38,625 nucleotides of DNA from Rhizomicrobium sp. GTDB lineage: Bacteria; Pseudomonadota; Alphaproteobacteria; Micropepsales; Micropepsaceae. The translations under genes were made by a program, and so were the position numbers. Within the stretch, counting starts at the first letter, position 1; each line of letters begins with the position of its first letter. The stretch is from positions 1 through 38,625 of the forward strand of contig DATNNS010000149.1 of assembly GCA_035601715.1 (NCBI GenBank), written 5' to 3'. Below the pieces are notes generated by a model. The model did no database searches. It saw only the letters and a list, made by a program, of their open reading frames with translations, and had not been told where the DNA came from. This document shows, in pieces, positions 8,722 to 18,427 of this stretch.

Positions 8722-9117
8722 CTAGCCATCCCCGTCACCGGCAAGGCTTTTGACGAGGTCGAGGACGCGCTTGCGCACCTTGGAATCCTTGATTCGCATG
8801 AAGGCGAGACTCAGTTGCAGCCCGTCGGGACTGGCGAGGAATTCCATCACCGGCGGGTCCTCCGCAAATCCCGCCGCCGCGCGCTCGCCCGCCACATCCT
8901 CGTAGAAATAGGTCACCGGCACGCCCAGGATGCGGGCAACATGGAACAGCCGCCCTGCTCCGATGCGGTTGGCGCCCTTCTCGTATTTCTGGACCTGCTG
9001 GAAGGTGAGGCCGAGCGACTCGCCCAATTTTTCCTGGCTCATTCCGATCAGCATGCGGCGCATGCGAACGCGATTGCCGACTTGGGCATCGATGGGATTG
9101 GCGGATTTTTTTGCCAC
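8722..9117 (-). CDS. XRE/Cro-family HTH transcriptional regulator (paralog 1, lnt-adjacent)
   Basis: GTG start at 9117: AKKSANPIDAQVGNRVRMRRMLIGMSQEKLGESLGLTFQQVQKYEKGANRIGAGRL. The position downstream of lnt is conserved in Alphaproteobacteria. Confidence 0.92.
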   Translation of the reverse strand: MAKKSANPIDAQVGNRVRMRRMLIGMSQEKLGESLGLTFQQVQKYEKGANRIGAGRLFHVARILGVPVTYFYEDVAGERAAAGFAEDPPVMEFLASPDGLQLSLAFMRIKDSKVRKRVLDLVKSLAGDGDG

Positions 9118-9158
9118 GGGCGCTTTGCGGAAATTCTTTGTTCGCGAAGACCTTAGCC

Positions 9159-10757
9159 CTAGATTCGCGGTCGTGGCAAAGCCTTCGTCGATAATGCGCG
9201 CACGCGCGCGGCAACCATCGGCCATGCAAATCCAAATGCAAAACAGAGCAAGAGCAGAACCAGAAACGCACCATCGCCGATGCGCGCATAGAGTGTAGGA
9301 TGCAACGCTTGCGGGAGTGCGCCGTCCAATACACCTTTTTGACCTGAGCCCAGACTTGCGATGACACGTCCCTGCGGATCGACGATTGCGGAAATACCGG
9401 TATTCGCGGCGCGCACCACGGGAAGTCCCTGTTCAATCGCGCGCAGCCGCGCAGTCAGGAAGTGCTGGTAGGGACCGATCGACGATGGCGGACCGAACCA
9501 CGAATCGTCGGTGACGTTGATCAGCCAGCCCGGCCGCGGAACACCGACCGCCGCCGCGGGGAACAGAATCTCGTAGCAGATCAGCGGACCGGCGGGCGGC
9601 GCGCCCGGTATGGCGATCGTGCGTGGACCGTCTCCCGGCGTGAAATCGCCGGGACTGTCGACCAGCTTGGAAATTCCTAATGCGTCGAACAACCAAGCGA
9701 GCGGCAGATATTCACCGAACGGCACCAGATGGAATTTGTCGGTGACGGCCAACAGCCGGCCGCCATGTCCGAAAACGTAAAAGCTGTTGAAATAGCGCGC
9801 GCGGCCGTCTTCGCCAGGTTCGCCGCGCACCGCACCGGTCAGCAGCACGGTGTGCTGCCCGGTCAACAGCGCGACATCGTCGAGTGCTTCCGGCCGGCGC
9901 GCGAGCAGGAACGGCGGGGCCGCTTCCGGCCAGATCAGATGCGTCGGCGGTTTGCCGGACAGGCTCGGATCGAGTAGCGCGCGCCAGTTGCGGTCGCGGA
10001 ATTGCGGCAGATATTTCTCTTGCTGCGGGATATCCGGCTGGACGATGCGCAGGCTCACATTCGGGACGAAGGTCGTGGGCGTCACCGCCAGACGGATATC
10101 GCCGCCGATCCACGCGAGCGCGAACAGCGCCGCGAGCGCGGCCGGCAGCGGCCACGAGCGCCGCGCGCCACACAGTTCGGCAAGCGACGCGCCGAACAAC
10201 ACCGTCAGCAGCGAAAGGCCGTAAGCGCCGACGAGCGAAGCACTTTGCAGCACGCCGAGCGAGCCGGCCCAGCCATAGGCAGGAAGATTCCACGGAAAGC
10301 CCGTCAGCACGTTGCCGCGCAGCCATTCGGCGCCCGCATAGCATGCGGCAAAGATGAAAATGCGGCCCACACCCGGCCGCCACAGCGCCGCCGCCGCGGC
10401 GCAAGCCAGCGCCGGGAAAAGCGCCAGGCCGCCCGGCAGCACGCATTCGACGATGGGAATCTGCCAGGCATGAGCCATCGCGTCGACGAGAAACGCATAG
10501 CCGACCCAATAGAGCCCGCCGAGAAAATATCCGAAGCCCCATGTCCATCCGACGAACGCGGCGCTCAAGACGGGACGGCGATGGGTTCGTGCACCGTCGA
10601 TCAGAAGCGCAAGCGCGGCGAAGCCGATCAGCAGGAACGGAAAAATCCCGAACGGCGCGAAGGAGAAAACCGTCAGAAGGCCGCAGGCAAAAGCGAACAG
10701 GAATCGGCGCCAGCCCGTGAGCGCGCGCACGAATTCCCCCGCACCGGCGATTGTCAT
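9159..10757 (-). CDS. lnt: Apolipoprotein N-acyltransferase
   Basis: Multi-TM N-terminus; TGFPW; nitrilase triad motifs WPE, K.HLVPFGEY and ICYE; RAIEQG and ANTGIS. Confidence 0.96.
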   Translation of the reverse strand: MTIAGAGEFVRALTGWRRFLFAFACGLLTVFSFAPFGIFPFLLIGFAALALLIDGARTHRRPVLSAAFVGWTWGFGYFLGGLYWVGYAFLVDAMAHAWQIPIVECVLPGGLALFPALACAAAAALWRPGVGRIFIFAACYAGAEWLRGNVLTGFPWNLPAYGWAGSLGVLQSASLVGAYGLSLLTVLFGASLAELCGARRSWPLPAALAALFALAWIGGDIRLAVTPTTFVPNVSLRIVQPDIPQQEKYLPQFRDRNWRALLDPSLSGKPPTHLIWPEAAPPFLLARRPEALDDVALLTGQHTVLLTGAVRGEPGEDGRARYFNSFYVFGHGGRLLAVTDKFHLVPFGEYLPLAWLFDALGISKLVDSPGDFTPGDGPRTIAIPGAPPAGPLICYEILFPAAAVGVPRPGWLINVTDDSWFGPPSSIGPYQHFLTARLRAIEQGLPVVRAANTGISAIVDPQGRVIASLGSGQKGVLDGALPQALHPTLYARIGDGAFLVLLLLCFAFGFAWPMVAARVRALSTKALPRPRI

Positions 10758-11656
10758 GAACCGGGCTTTTTCATTTCGGCGGCCGGCGGGCGCAGGCGCA
10801 GGCGGCGGACGCGGCGCGGATCGGCATCGACGATCTCGAACTCATAGCCCGTGGGATGCGGCACGATCTCGCCACGCTGCGGCACATGGCCCGCCAGCGA
10901 GACGACGAGACCGCCCAGCGTGTCGACGTCCTCGCCGGCGCCCTCGACCGCCAGGTCGGTTCCGGTCTGCTCTTCGAAATCCTTGAGATCGACGCGCGCA
11001 TCGGCGTCGAAACCGCCGTCGGGCCGCGCCCGCAATTGCGGCGTCGCGTCGGTGTCGTGCTCGTCGTCGATCTCGCCGACGATCTCCTCGACCAGGTCCT
11101 CGATGGAGACCAGCCCGTCGGTCCCGCCATGCTCGTCGATCACCAGCGCCATGTGCATGCGGGTGGTCTGCATCTTGAGCAGCAGGTCCCGCGCCGGCAT
11201 CGAGGCCGGGACGAACAGCAGTTCGCGCTTGATCTTGGCGATGGGCACGTCGGGCCAGTGCAGGCTGCCGTCATCCTTGAGCTCGAGCAGCGCCATAACG
11301 TCCTTGATGTGCACAACGCCGATGGGATCGTCGAGCGTCTCGCGATAGACGGGCAGGCGCGAATGCTGCGCCTCGCGCAGGATCGCGAGCAGCCCCGCGA
11401 GCGGCACCTTCTCCTCGATGGCGACGATGTCGGCACGCGGCACCATCACCTCGCCGACGCGCATCTCGCCGAATTTGAGCAGGTTGGCGAGCATGACGCG
11501 CTCTTGCACGCTCAGCGCCGGGCTTTCGCGCTCGCTCTCCTCGATGACTTCTTCCAGGCTTTCGCGCATCGACTGCGTCTGTCCGCCGCGCATCATTTGC
11601 GCCAGACGCCGCAGCAGCGAAGGTGGCCTGTCCTCGATCGGCGGCGAGTCGGCCAT
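10754..11656 (-). CDS. corC: CBS-pair/CorC_HlyC protein (CorC/YbeX)
   Basis: ATG 11656 overlaps the ybeY stop; VMVPRADI, HSRLPVY, DEHGGTDGLVSIEDLVEEIVGEI.DEHD, DTLGG. Confidence 0.92.
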   Translation of the reverse strand: MADSPPIEDRPPSLLRRLAQMMRGGQTQSMRESLEEVIEESERESPALSVQERVMLANLLKFGEMRVGEVMVPRADIVAIEEKVPLAGLLAILREAQHSRLPVYRETLDDPIGVVHIKDVMALLELKDDGSLHWPDVPIAKIKRELLFVPASMPARDLLLKMQTTRMHMALVIDEHGGTDGLVSIEDLVEEIVGEIDDEHDTDATPQLRARPDGGFDADARVDLKDFEEQTGTDLAVEGAGEDVDTLGGLVVSLAGHVPQRGEIVPHPTGYEFEIVDADPRRVRRLRLRPPAAEMKKPGS

Positions 11657-12105
11657 CAGCGTTTCGCTTTCGCATAAGGATCGGCGATACCGAGCGTGGC
11701 CAGCAATTTCGTCTCCAGCGATTCCATCCGCTTCGCCTCTCGGGCGCGGACGTGATCGTAACCCAAAAGATGCAGGGTTCCATGAACAACCAGATGCGTC
11801 ACATGATCGATCAACGGCTTTTTCGCGGCCTCCGCCTCGCGCGCCGCCACGCCATAGGCGATGGCGACGTCGCCGAGATAGTCCGGTTCCGAGGCCGGAA
11901 AGGCCAGAACATTGGTCGCCTCGTCCTTGCCGCGAAACTGCGCGTTGAGCGCGCGCAGCGCGGCGTCGCCGGCCAGCAGGATCGTGACGGTCGGCTCGGC
12001 GTCGCCCAGCGCCAGCCGCGCCGCCTTGCGCAACCGCCGGGCCAAACCGCCGCCGAAGCGTTTCCACTGGGGATCTTCGACGACGATCACGATCTTCGCG
12101 GTCAT
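11656..12105 (-). CDS. ybeY: rRNA maturation endoribonuclease YbeY
   Basis: LNAQFRGKD..TNVLAFP, LGDV, and the HGTLHLLGYDH zinc motif. Confidence 0.96.
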   Translation of the reverse strand: MTAKIVIVVEDPQWKRFGGGLARRLRKAARLALGDAEPTVTILLAGDAALRALNAQFRGKDEATNVLAFPASEPDYLGDVAIAYGVAAREAEAAKKPLIDHVTHLVVHGTLHLLGYDHVRAREAKRMESLETKLLATLGIADPYAKAKR

Positions 12106-13085
12106 CCGCGGCTCGCGCTGCGCTCATAGGCGCCGACGATGCGCGTCACCAGCGCGTGGCGCACGACGTCCTTCTCGCCGAAGCGCGCCACCGCGACGCC
12201 CTCGACATCGGCCAGGATGCGCAACGCTTCGTTCAGCCCTTCGGGACGGGCGCCGGGCAGATCGCTCTGCGACGGATCGCCCGTCACCACCATGCGCGAA
12301 TCCTCGCCAAGCCGCGTCAAGAACATTTTCATCTGCACTGGCGAGCAGTTCTGCGCTTCGTCGAGTATCACAAAGGCGCGCGCCAGCGTGCGTCCGCGCA
12401 TGAAGGCCAGCGGCGCCACTTCGATGGTGCCCTGCTCCATCAGCTTGACGCATTGCTCGCCCAACACATCGAACAGCGCGTCGTAAAGTGGGCGCAAATA
12501 GGGATCGATCTTCTCCTTGAGATCGCCGGGCAGGAAGCCGAGCCGCTCGCCCGCTTCGAGCGCGGGGCGCGACAGGATCAGCCGCTCGACGCGCCGCTCA
12601 TAGAGCAGATGCGCGCCGAACGCGGCCGCCAGATAGGTCTTTCCGGTACCGGCCGGGCCGACGCCGAAGACCAGCGGATGGGTGCGCATCAGATCGAGAT
12701 AGGCGCCTTGCGCCGGCGAGCGCGCGCGGGTGGTTTTCGAAGAGGCCGTCTTGATCGAAGGCCGGCCGAAATCGGCTGAGGGCGCCGGCGACGTTTCGCG
12801 CTCGGCGAAGCGGATTTCGGCGTCCACTTCCGCCGGGCCGATTCCTTCGCCTGCCTCGATGCGGGCGTAAAGCGCGCGCAGCACCGAAGCCGCGCGCTCG
12901 CGCGCATCCACGGCGCCTTCGACGCCGAGAAGATTGCCGCGCGTCGCCACCCGCACCTTGAGCGCCTGTTCGATGCGCACCAGGTTCTTCTGATGTGCGC
13001 CGCCCAGCGCCGACAGCGTCGCATTGTCCGGAAATTCGAGCGTGACCTGTTCGCGCGCGGCGCGCTTGGCTTTCCTGGCGCTCAC
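12102..13085 (-). CDS. phoH: PhoH-family ATPase (YbeZ-like)
   Basis: GTG 13085 overlaps the miaB stop; [42 protein letters not shown]. It is the 3' part of track ORF 12102..14480. Confidence 0.93.
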   Translation of the reverse strand: MSARKAKRAAREQVTLEFPDNATLSALGGAHQKNLVRIEQALKVRVATRGNLLGVEGAVDARERAASVLRALYARIEAGEGIGPAEVDAEIRFAERETSPAPSADFGRPSIKTASSKTTRARSPAQGAYLDLMRTHPLVFGVGPAGTGKTYLAAAFGAHLLYERRVERLILSRPALEAGERLGFLPGDLKEKIDPYLRPLYDALFDVLGEQCVKLMEQGTIEVAPLAFMRGRTLARAFVILDEAQNCSPVQMKMFLTRLGEDSRMVVTGDPSQSDLPGARPEGLNEALRILADVEGVAVARFGEKDVVRHALVTRIVGAYERSASRG

Positions 13086-14425
13086 GACAGCGCCGCGCCC
13101 GCCAGCGCGCCCTTGAGACTGTTGGCATGGACCGCCTCGATGCGCACGTCGCGGATTTCGCCGATGAAGCGGCCCGCGCCATCGACATGCACCGGCTGCA
13201 GCCACGGGCTTCGCCCAACAGCCTGACCTGCCGTCCGTCCCGGCCTGTCGAACAGCACCGGCATGGTGCGCCCCGCGCAGCCCGCGTTGAATTCGCGCAG
13301 CTGCCCGATCAGCAGGCCCTGCAGCGCCTGCAACCGCGCATCCTTGACGTCTTCCGGAATCTGCTTCCCTGACGCCGCCGCAGGCGTTCCGGGGCGCGGA
13401 CTGTATTTGAACGAATAGGCCGCCGCGAAGCCGACAGCGCGCACCAGCGACAGCGTATCCTCGAAATCCGCGTCGCTCTCGCCGGGAAAGCCGACGATGA
13501 AATCCGACGACAGCGCCAAGTCGGGGCGCGACGCGCGAACGCGCGCCACGAGCCTTAGATAATCGTCGCGGCCATGCTGGCGGTTCATCGCGGCGAGAAT
13601 TCGGTCCGATCCGGACTGCACCGGCAGATGCAGATACGGCATCAGCTTTTCGATTCTGGCATGGGCGGCGATCAGATCGTCGCCCATGTCGCGCGGATGG
13701 CTGGTCATGTAGCGCAGCCGCGCCAATCCTTCGATCCTCGCCAGATGCCCGATCAGCCGCGCCAGGCTCCAGCGCCCGCCATCCGGCCCTTCGCCGCGAT
13801 AGGCATTCACATTCTGCCCGAGCAGCGTGATTTCGCGCACGCCGTTGCCGACGAGCCGTCGCGCTTCGGCCTCGATCTGCGCGACGCCGCGGGAATATTC
13901 CGCGCCCCGCGTGTAAGGCACGACGCAAAACGTACAGAACTTGTCGCAACCTTCCTGCACGGTGAGGAACGCGGCCGGCCCGCGCGCGCCGCTTTCTTGC
14001 GGCAGTGCGTCGAACTTCTCTTCCGCCGGGAAATCGGTCTCCAGCGCATGGCCCGTGCCGCGCGCGATCTTGGCGATCATCTCCGGCAGGCGATGATAGG
14101 ACTGCGGCCCGACGACGATATCGACGGCGCTCTGGCGGCGAACGATCTCTTCGCCTTCGGCCTGCGCCACGCAGCCGGCCACCGCGATCAGCATCCTGCT
14201 GCCCGCTTGCGCCCTGTCTTGCTTCATGCGCTTCAGCCGGCCGAGTTCGGAATAGACCTTCTCCACCGCCTTCTCGCGGATGTGGCAGGTGTTGAGGATC
14301 ACCATGTCGGCGTCCTCGGGCGTGTCCACCGCGCCATAGCCGATCGGCGCCAGCAGATCCGCCATGCGGGCGGAATCGTAGACGTTCATCTGGCAGCCAT
14401 AGGTCTTGATGAAAAGCTTCTTCAT
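13082..14425 (-). CDS. miaB: tRNA-2-methylthio-N6-dimethylallyladenosine synthase
   Basis: [22 protein letters not shown], radical [19 protein letters not shown], and a C-terminal TRAM domain. Confidence 0.97.
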   Translation of the reverse strand: MKKLFIKTYGCQMNVYDSARMADLLAPIGYGAVDTPEDADMVILNTCHIREKAVEKVYSELGRLKRMKQDRAQAGSRMLIAVAGCVAQAEGEEIVRRQSAVDIVVGPQSYHRLPEMIAKIARGTGHALETDFPAEEKFDALPQESGARGPAAFLTVQEGCDKFCTFCVVPYTRGAEYSRGVAQIEAEARRLVGNGVREITLLGQNVNAYRGEGPDGGRWSLARLIGHLARIEGLARLRYMTSHPRDMGDDLIAAHARIEKLMPYLHLPVQSGSDRILAAMNRQHGRDDYLRLVARVRASRPDLALSSDFIVGFPGESDADFEDTLSLVRAVGFAAAYSFKYSPRPGTPAAASGKQIPEDVKDARLQALQGLLIGQLREFNAGCAGRTMPVLFDRPGRTAGQAVGRSPWLQPVHVDGAGRFIGEIRDVRIEAVHANSLKGALAGAALS

Positions 14426-14483
14426 GCGCGCTTGTGCCTTGCGGCGCGCAGCTTATGGGCATTTGGCGGCAGCAAGACAAGGC

Positions 14484-15335
14484 TCACGCGGCGGCCTCGG
14501 TCAGCACGGGCGCCGCGGCGGGCGCCGGCGTGCTGGGCACGCGGCCGCCGGCAAGCCCGCGTGCCTGGCCGTCGCGCACGATCGCCTCGGCGGCGGCGGC
14601 GAGCGCCTTGCGGCCGCCGGCCGAGTCCACCGTCATCGGCGGATGAAACTCCACCACGACATCGATCGGGCCGGTGAGCAGCGCTTCCCACAGATGCGGC
14701 ACCAAATCCATGTCGGCATACCAGGCGAAAAACGGGCGGTATTCGCGTCCCATCGGCAGGCCATGCACATGGGTGTAGGCCACCGACACCGGCTGCACCG
14801 GAACGTGGATCGGCCGTCCTTGCGCATCCTTGCCGATTTCGGCCTCCGCCGCGCCGAGCAGCGCGCTCTTGAACGGCAGCACGCGATTGCCGTCGTTCGA
14901 CGTGCCTTCGGGAAACAGAATGAGCGCGTCGCCCGCAAGCAGGCGATCGCGGATCTGGTCGCGCGCCTCGTCGGTCTGCGAGCGGCGCGCGCGGTCCACG
15001 AACACGCAGCGCTGCAGCCGCGCGAACGTGCCGAAGAACGGCCAGCTGCCGACTTCGGCCTTGGCGATGAACGCGGCGTTCACCGTGCCGCCGAGGATCA
15101 GGATATCGAGATAGGAGGTGTGGTTGGAGGCGAACAGCACGGCACGATCGCGGATCGGCTCGCCAACCACCGTGACGCGGATATCGAACAGGTGCATGAG
15201 GAAGCGCTCATAACGATAGGCCGTCGTCTTGTAGCCGAGCCCGCGCACGCGCAACGCCAGGCTCTGCCAGGGAATGACGAAAGCCGACGTCAGCAGGAAT
15301 ATCGCCAGGATATAGATCGCCCGCAGGGACCGCAT
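14484..15335 (-). CDS. Lysophospholipid acyltransferase (PlsC/OlsA-like)
   Basis: NHTSYLD (HxxxxD), AKAEV, FVDR, FPEGT, LPFK. Confidence 0.9.
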   Translation of the reverse strand: MRSLRAIYILAIFLLTSAFVIPWQSLALRVRGLGYKTTAYRYERFLMHLFDIRVTVVGEPIRDRAVLFASNHTSYLDILILGGTVNAAFIAKAEVGSWPFFGTFARLQRCVFVDRARRSQTDEARDQIRDRLLAGDALILFPEGTSNDGNRVLPFKSALLGAAEAEIGKDAQGRPIHVPVQPVSVAYTHVHGLPMGREYRPFFAWYADMDLVPHLWEALLTGPIDVVVEFHPPMTVDSAGGRKALAAAAEAIVRDGQARGLAGGRVPSTPAPAAAPVLTEAAA

Positions 15336-15337
15336 GG

Positions 15338-15757
15338 TCAGCTCTTGGCGCCCTTGGGCACGCCATAGAGCTCGAGGCGATGATCGACCAGCTCGAAACC
15401 CAACTCCTCGGCGACGCGTTTTTGCAGCCGCTCGATATCCTCGTTGCGGAACTCGATCACCTTGCCGGTTTGCACGTCGATCAGATGGTCGTGGTGCGAA
15501 TCGGGCACCTCTTCATAACGCGACCGCCCATCGCGAAAGTCATGCCGCTCCAATATGCCGGCATCCTCGAACAGCTTTACGGTGCGATAGACCGTGGCGA
15601 TGGAGATGTGCGGATCGAGCGCGGCAGCGCGACGGTAGAGTTCCTCGGCATCGGGATGGTCGGACGCATCCGACAGCACGCGCGCGATCACCCGGCGCTG
15701 GTCGGTCATGCGCAGGCCTTTTTCATTGCAAAGCTTTTCGATGCGGCTCACGGACAT
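15338..15757 (-). CDS. fur: Fur-family metalloregulator (Fur/Mur)
   Basis: ATG 15757; GLRMTDQRR, HPDAEELY, ISIATVYRT, HHDHLID, HRLELYG. Confidence 0.92.
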   Translation of the reverse strand: MSVSRIEKLCNEKGLRMTDQRRVIARVLSDASDHPDAEELYRRAAALDPHISIATVYRTVKLFEDAGILERHDFRDGRSRYEEVPDSHHDHLIDVQTGKVIEFRNEDIERLQKRVAEELGFELVDHRLELYGVPKGAKS

Positions 15758-15779
15758 ATCCCGGTCGATCGCGGCAAGC

Positions 15780-16253
15780 TTAGTCCACTCCACGGCCTTT
15801 GCCCAATGGCGCAAGCGGCAGAGCGGCCTTCAGGACCAGGGCATCCGCCGGGCCCGATTGCCCGGCATAATACCCCTTCCGGCGCCCCACTTCGCCGAAG
15901 CCCAACGCGCCATAGAGGGCGCGCGCCGCGCCGTTGCCGGCGGCCACTTCCAAGAAGACAGCCGAAGCACCGGCGGCAGCGGCTTGCGCGGCCATTTGCC
16001 GGATCAGCGCGCGGCCCACGCCCGCGCGGCGCGCGGACGGCGCCACGGCCAGCGTCAGAATCTCCGCTTCCGCCGCCACGACGCGGGCCAGGATAAAGCC
16101 CTGGGTGCGACTCTTGTCTTCGGCGATCAGCGCGAACGAGCCGGGCGCGGCCAGCAGCCCGCCGACGGAGTGAGCGCTCCAGGCCTCGTCGAACGACGCG
16201 CCATGCAGTGCGGACAGCCTCTCAAGATCGTCGCGTGTCGCCGCGCGGATCAT
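15780..16253 (-). CDS. rimI: RimI-like GNAT acetyltransferase
   Basis: ATG 16253 overlaps the tsaB stop; EAEILTLAV.P..RR.G.G, FLEV...N..A..LY...GF...G.RKGYY. Confidence 0.87.
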   Translation of the reverse strand: MIRAATRDDLERLSALHGASFDEAWSAHSVGGLLAAPGSFALIAEDKSRTQGFILARVVAAEAEILTLAVAPSARRAGVGRALIRQMAAQAAAAGASAVFLEVAAGNGAARALYGALGFGEVGRRKGYYAGQSGPADALVLKAALPLAPLGKGRGVD

Positions 16254-16921
16254 TTCGTTCCCGGCAGTTTGGCATCGGGCGCGCGCAGGTAAAGCGGACG
16301 CGGAACCTCCGCCGGTTCCGGCAATCGTGCGGCGAGGCGCGCGACCCACAGCGCGTCTGGCTGTCGCACCGCAGTGAGCGTGGCGCGGCCGCCGAGTCTC
16401 TCATATTCGCGCGCAGCGGCTTCCGCGGCGGTGCCGGCGAACGCGAGCGCGTTCTTGCCGGCCATGGCCTGGTGAATGTCTTTCACGGCGTCTTCGAACA
16501 GCGCGATGGAGACGGGCAAGATGGCTTGCGCGCGCGAGCCGGCATAGGCGTAGACTTCGCCGCGCCGCGCATCATGGAGAGCGGCGGCGAATTCCACGCC
16601 CGCCTCATCGCGCGCCGCTGCCGCCATCGCTTCAAGCGTCGTGATCCCGGCAAGCGGTTTTTCGAGCGCGACGCGAAGCCCGCGCATGAACGCCAGGCCG
16701 ACGCGCTGTCCGGTGAAGGTGCCGGGGCCTGTCGTCACCGCGAGACGGTCGATCTCGGCGAACGCCGCGCCTGCCGCGCGCATCGCCTCATCCACCATTG
16801 GTGCCAATGCCTCGGCATGACCGCGCTCCATCAGCATGAAGCGATGCGCAAGAACGCGTTCACCGTCGAGCAGCGCGACCGAGCAGGCGCCAAGCGCGGT
16901 ATCGACGGCGAGTATCTTCAT
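16250..16921 (-). CDS. tsaB: tRNA threonylcarbamoyladenosine biosynthesis protein TsaB
   Basis: ILAVDT...CSVA, HAE.L.PM, GPGTFTG.RVG, DARRGEVY, PLYLR.PDA. Confidence 0.94.
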   Translation of the reverse strand: MKILAVDTALGACSVALLDGERVLAHRFMLMERGHAEALAPMVDEAMRAAGAAFAEIDRLAVTTGPGTFTGQRVGLAFMRGLRVALEKPLAGITTLEAMAAAARDEAGVEFAAALHDARRGEVYAYAGSRAQAILPVSIALFEDAVKDIHQAMAGKNALAFAGTAAEAAAREYERLGGRATLTAVRQPDALWVARLAARLPEPAEVPRPLYLRAPDAKLPGTK

Positions 16922-16933
16922 CGCGAGCCGAGC

Positions 16934-17524
16934 CTAGAGAATCTTGCAGGCCTCGTCGAAGGAAAGCCGCGGGCTGCGCGCGAACAGCCCGGCCGGATCG
17001 CCATAGCCCACAGAGCAGATGAAATTCGACTTGATCTGCGTGCCGGCGAAGAATTCGCGGTCGACGCCCGCATTGTCGAAACCCGACATCGGCCCGCAAT
17101 CCAGCCCGAGCGCCCGCGCCGCGACGATGAAATAGGCGCCTTGCAGCGAACCGTTGCGGAACGCGGCGACTTCGGCGAATTTCGGATCGGCGAACCAGTC
17201 CTTGGCGCCCGGCGCATGCGGAAACAGTCTGGGCAGAAGCCTCGCGAAATCGAGGTCATGACCGATGATCGCGGTGGCCGGCGCCGCCATCGTCTTGGCG
17301 CGATTGGCTTCCGACAGAAGCGGCGACAGCCGCGCCTTGGCCTGCTGCGTCGTCACGAAGACGATGCGCGCGGGGCTGATATTGGCGCTGGTCGGCCCCC
17401 AGCGCATCAGATCGTAGACCGCCATCAGCAGCGCGTTGCTGACCGGCTTGTCCTGCCATTTGTTCTGGCTGCGGGCCTTGCGGAAAATCGTATCGAGCGC
17501 GTCGTCGTTGATGGCGTGCGTCAT
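16934..17524 (-). CDS. rutE: Nitroreductase family, malonic semialdehyde reductase RutE-like
   Basis: [57 protein letters not shown]. Confidence 0.85.
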   Translation of the reverse strand: MTHAINDDALDTIFRKARSQNKWQDKPVSNALLMAVYDLMRWGPTSANISPARIVFVTTQQAKARLSPLLSEANRAKTMAAPATAIIGHDLDFARLLPRLFPHAPGAKDWFADPKFAEVAAFRNGSLQGAYFIVAARALGLDCGPMSGFDNAGVDREFFAGTQIKSNFICSVGYGDPAGLFARSPRLSFDEACKIL

Positions 17525-17565
17525 GGGCTCAGTTTCCGTCGAATCGATTGCAAACTATAGCGGAC

Positions 17566-18129
17566 TTAAACCGCTTCGACCGCGCTCACTTCGGGAATGT
17601 AATGGCGCAGCATGGTCTCGATGCCGTTCTTGAGCGTCATGGTCGAGGACGGGCAGCCGGCGCAGGAGCCGCGCATGTGCAGCGACACCACGCCCGACGA
17701 CGCGTCGAAGCCCTTGAAGATGATGTCGCCGCCATCATTGGCGACGGCGGGCCGCACGCGGGTGTCGAGCAGTTCCTTGATCTGGACGACGATCTCGGCA
17801 TCCTCGCCTTCATAGACAGGCTCGTCGTCGCGCTCTTGCGAACCGTCTTCGATCAGCGGCAGGCCGGCGGTGAAATGCTCCATGATGGCGCCGAGGATCG
17901 CGGGCTTCATATGCTTCCAGTCGCCCTGGGCCTTGGTCACCGAAATGAAATCGCTGCCGAAGAAAACGCGGGCAACGTCGGGGACATGAAACAGCGCCGC
18001 GGCGAGCGGCGAACGCCTGGCCGCTTCCGCGTTGGGGAAATCGGCCACGGACGCCTCGCCCATCACGGCGCGGCCGGGCAGGAATTTCAACGTCGCCGGA
18101 TTGGGCGTGGATTCGGTTTGAATGAACAT
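17566..18129 (-). CDS. nfuA: NifU/Nfu-type Fe-S cluster carrier
   Basis: MFIQTESTPNPATLKF (Nfu_N), VRPAVA.DGGD, GSCAGCPSS..TLK.GIE. Confidence 0.92.
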   Translation of the reverse strand: MFIQTESTPNPATLKFLPGRAVMGEASVADFPNAEAARRSPLAAALFHVPDVARVFFGSDFISVTKAQGDWKHMKPAILGAIMEHFTAGLPLIEDGSQERDDEPVYEGEDAEIVVQIKELLDTRVRPAVANDGGDIIFKGFDASSGVVSLHMRGSCAGCPSSTMTLKNGIETMLRHYIPEVSAVEAV

Positions 18130-18136
18130 GAACCTT

Positions 18137-18165
18137 ATGTGGACCTCGCGCGCGCCCCGATCAAG
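18137..18165 (-). promoter_or_regulatory. Putative RpoH-type promoter of nfuA
   Basis: Minus strand CTTGAT-N17-CCACAT, ending 7 nt before the ATG at 18129. Confidence 0.4.
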
Positions 18166-18170
18166 CCTTG

Positions 18171-18383
18171 TCAGAAATCCGAGACGATGCCTTTGCGCTC
18201 CCAATCGCCATAACGCGTGGGTTCCGGCCCTTTGGGGCCGCCGATTTCTTCGGGGCGCGAGGCTTTCGCCGGTTCCCTGGCGCGGCGTTCGTCAGCTTCG
18301 GCCTTGGCGCGCTCGCCCGCTTCACGGATGCGCCTGGCGATCTCGGCGCGCGACGGCGCTTTGGTTTTCCGCGTTTCAGTCAT
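18171..18383 (-). CDS. DUF1674 / SdhAF4-like small protein
   Basis: C-terminal EIGGPKGPEPTRYGDWERKGIVSDF signature. Confidence 0.92.
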   Translation of the reverse strand: MTETRKTKAPSRAEIARRIREAGERAKAEADERRAREPAKASRPEEIGGPKGPEPTRYGDWERKGIVSDF

Positions 18384-18392
18384 GGGTATTCG

Positions 18393-18421
18393 CTTGACGG
18401 CGGCGGCCGCCAGCCTACATC
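18393..18421 (+). promoter_or_regulatory. Putative RpoH/sigma70-type promoter of htpX
   Basis: CTTGACG at 18393-18399 and CCTACATC at 18414-18421, 6 nt before the ATG at 18428; no clear SD. Confidence 0.45.
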
Positions 18422-18427
18422 AGGCGC

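Noticed and set aside
10754-12127. 457-aa ORF suggesting an extended CorC or YbeY-CorC fusion
   Set aside because: ybeY is in another frame with its own stop at 11656. The extension is non-homologous.
12102-14480. 792-aa ORF suggesting a long PhoH fusion
   Set aside because: The N-terminal part is an Arg-rich alternative frame of miaB. PhoH homology begins at GTG 13085.
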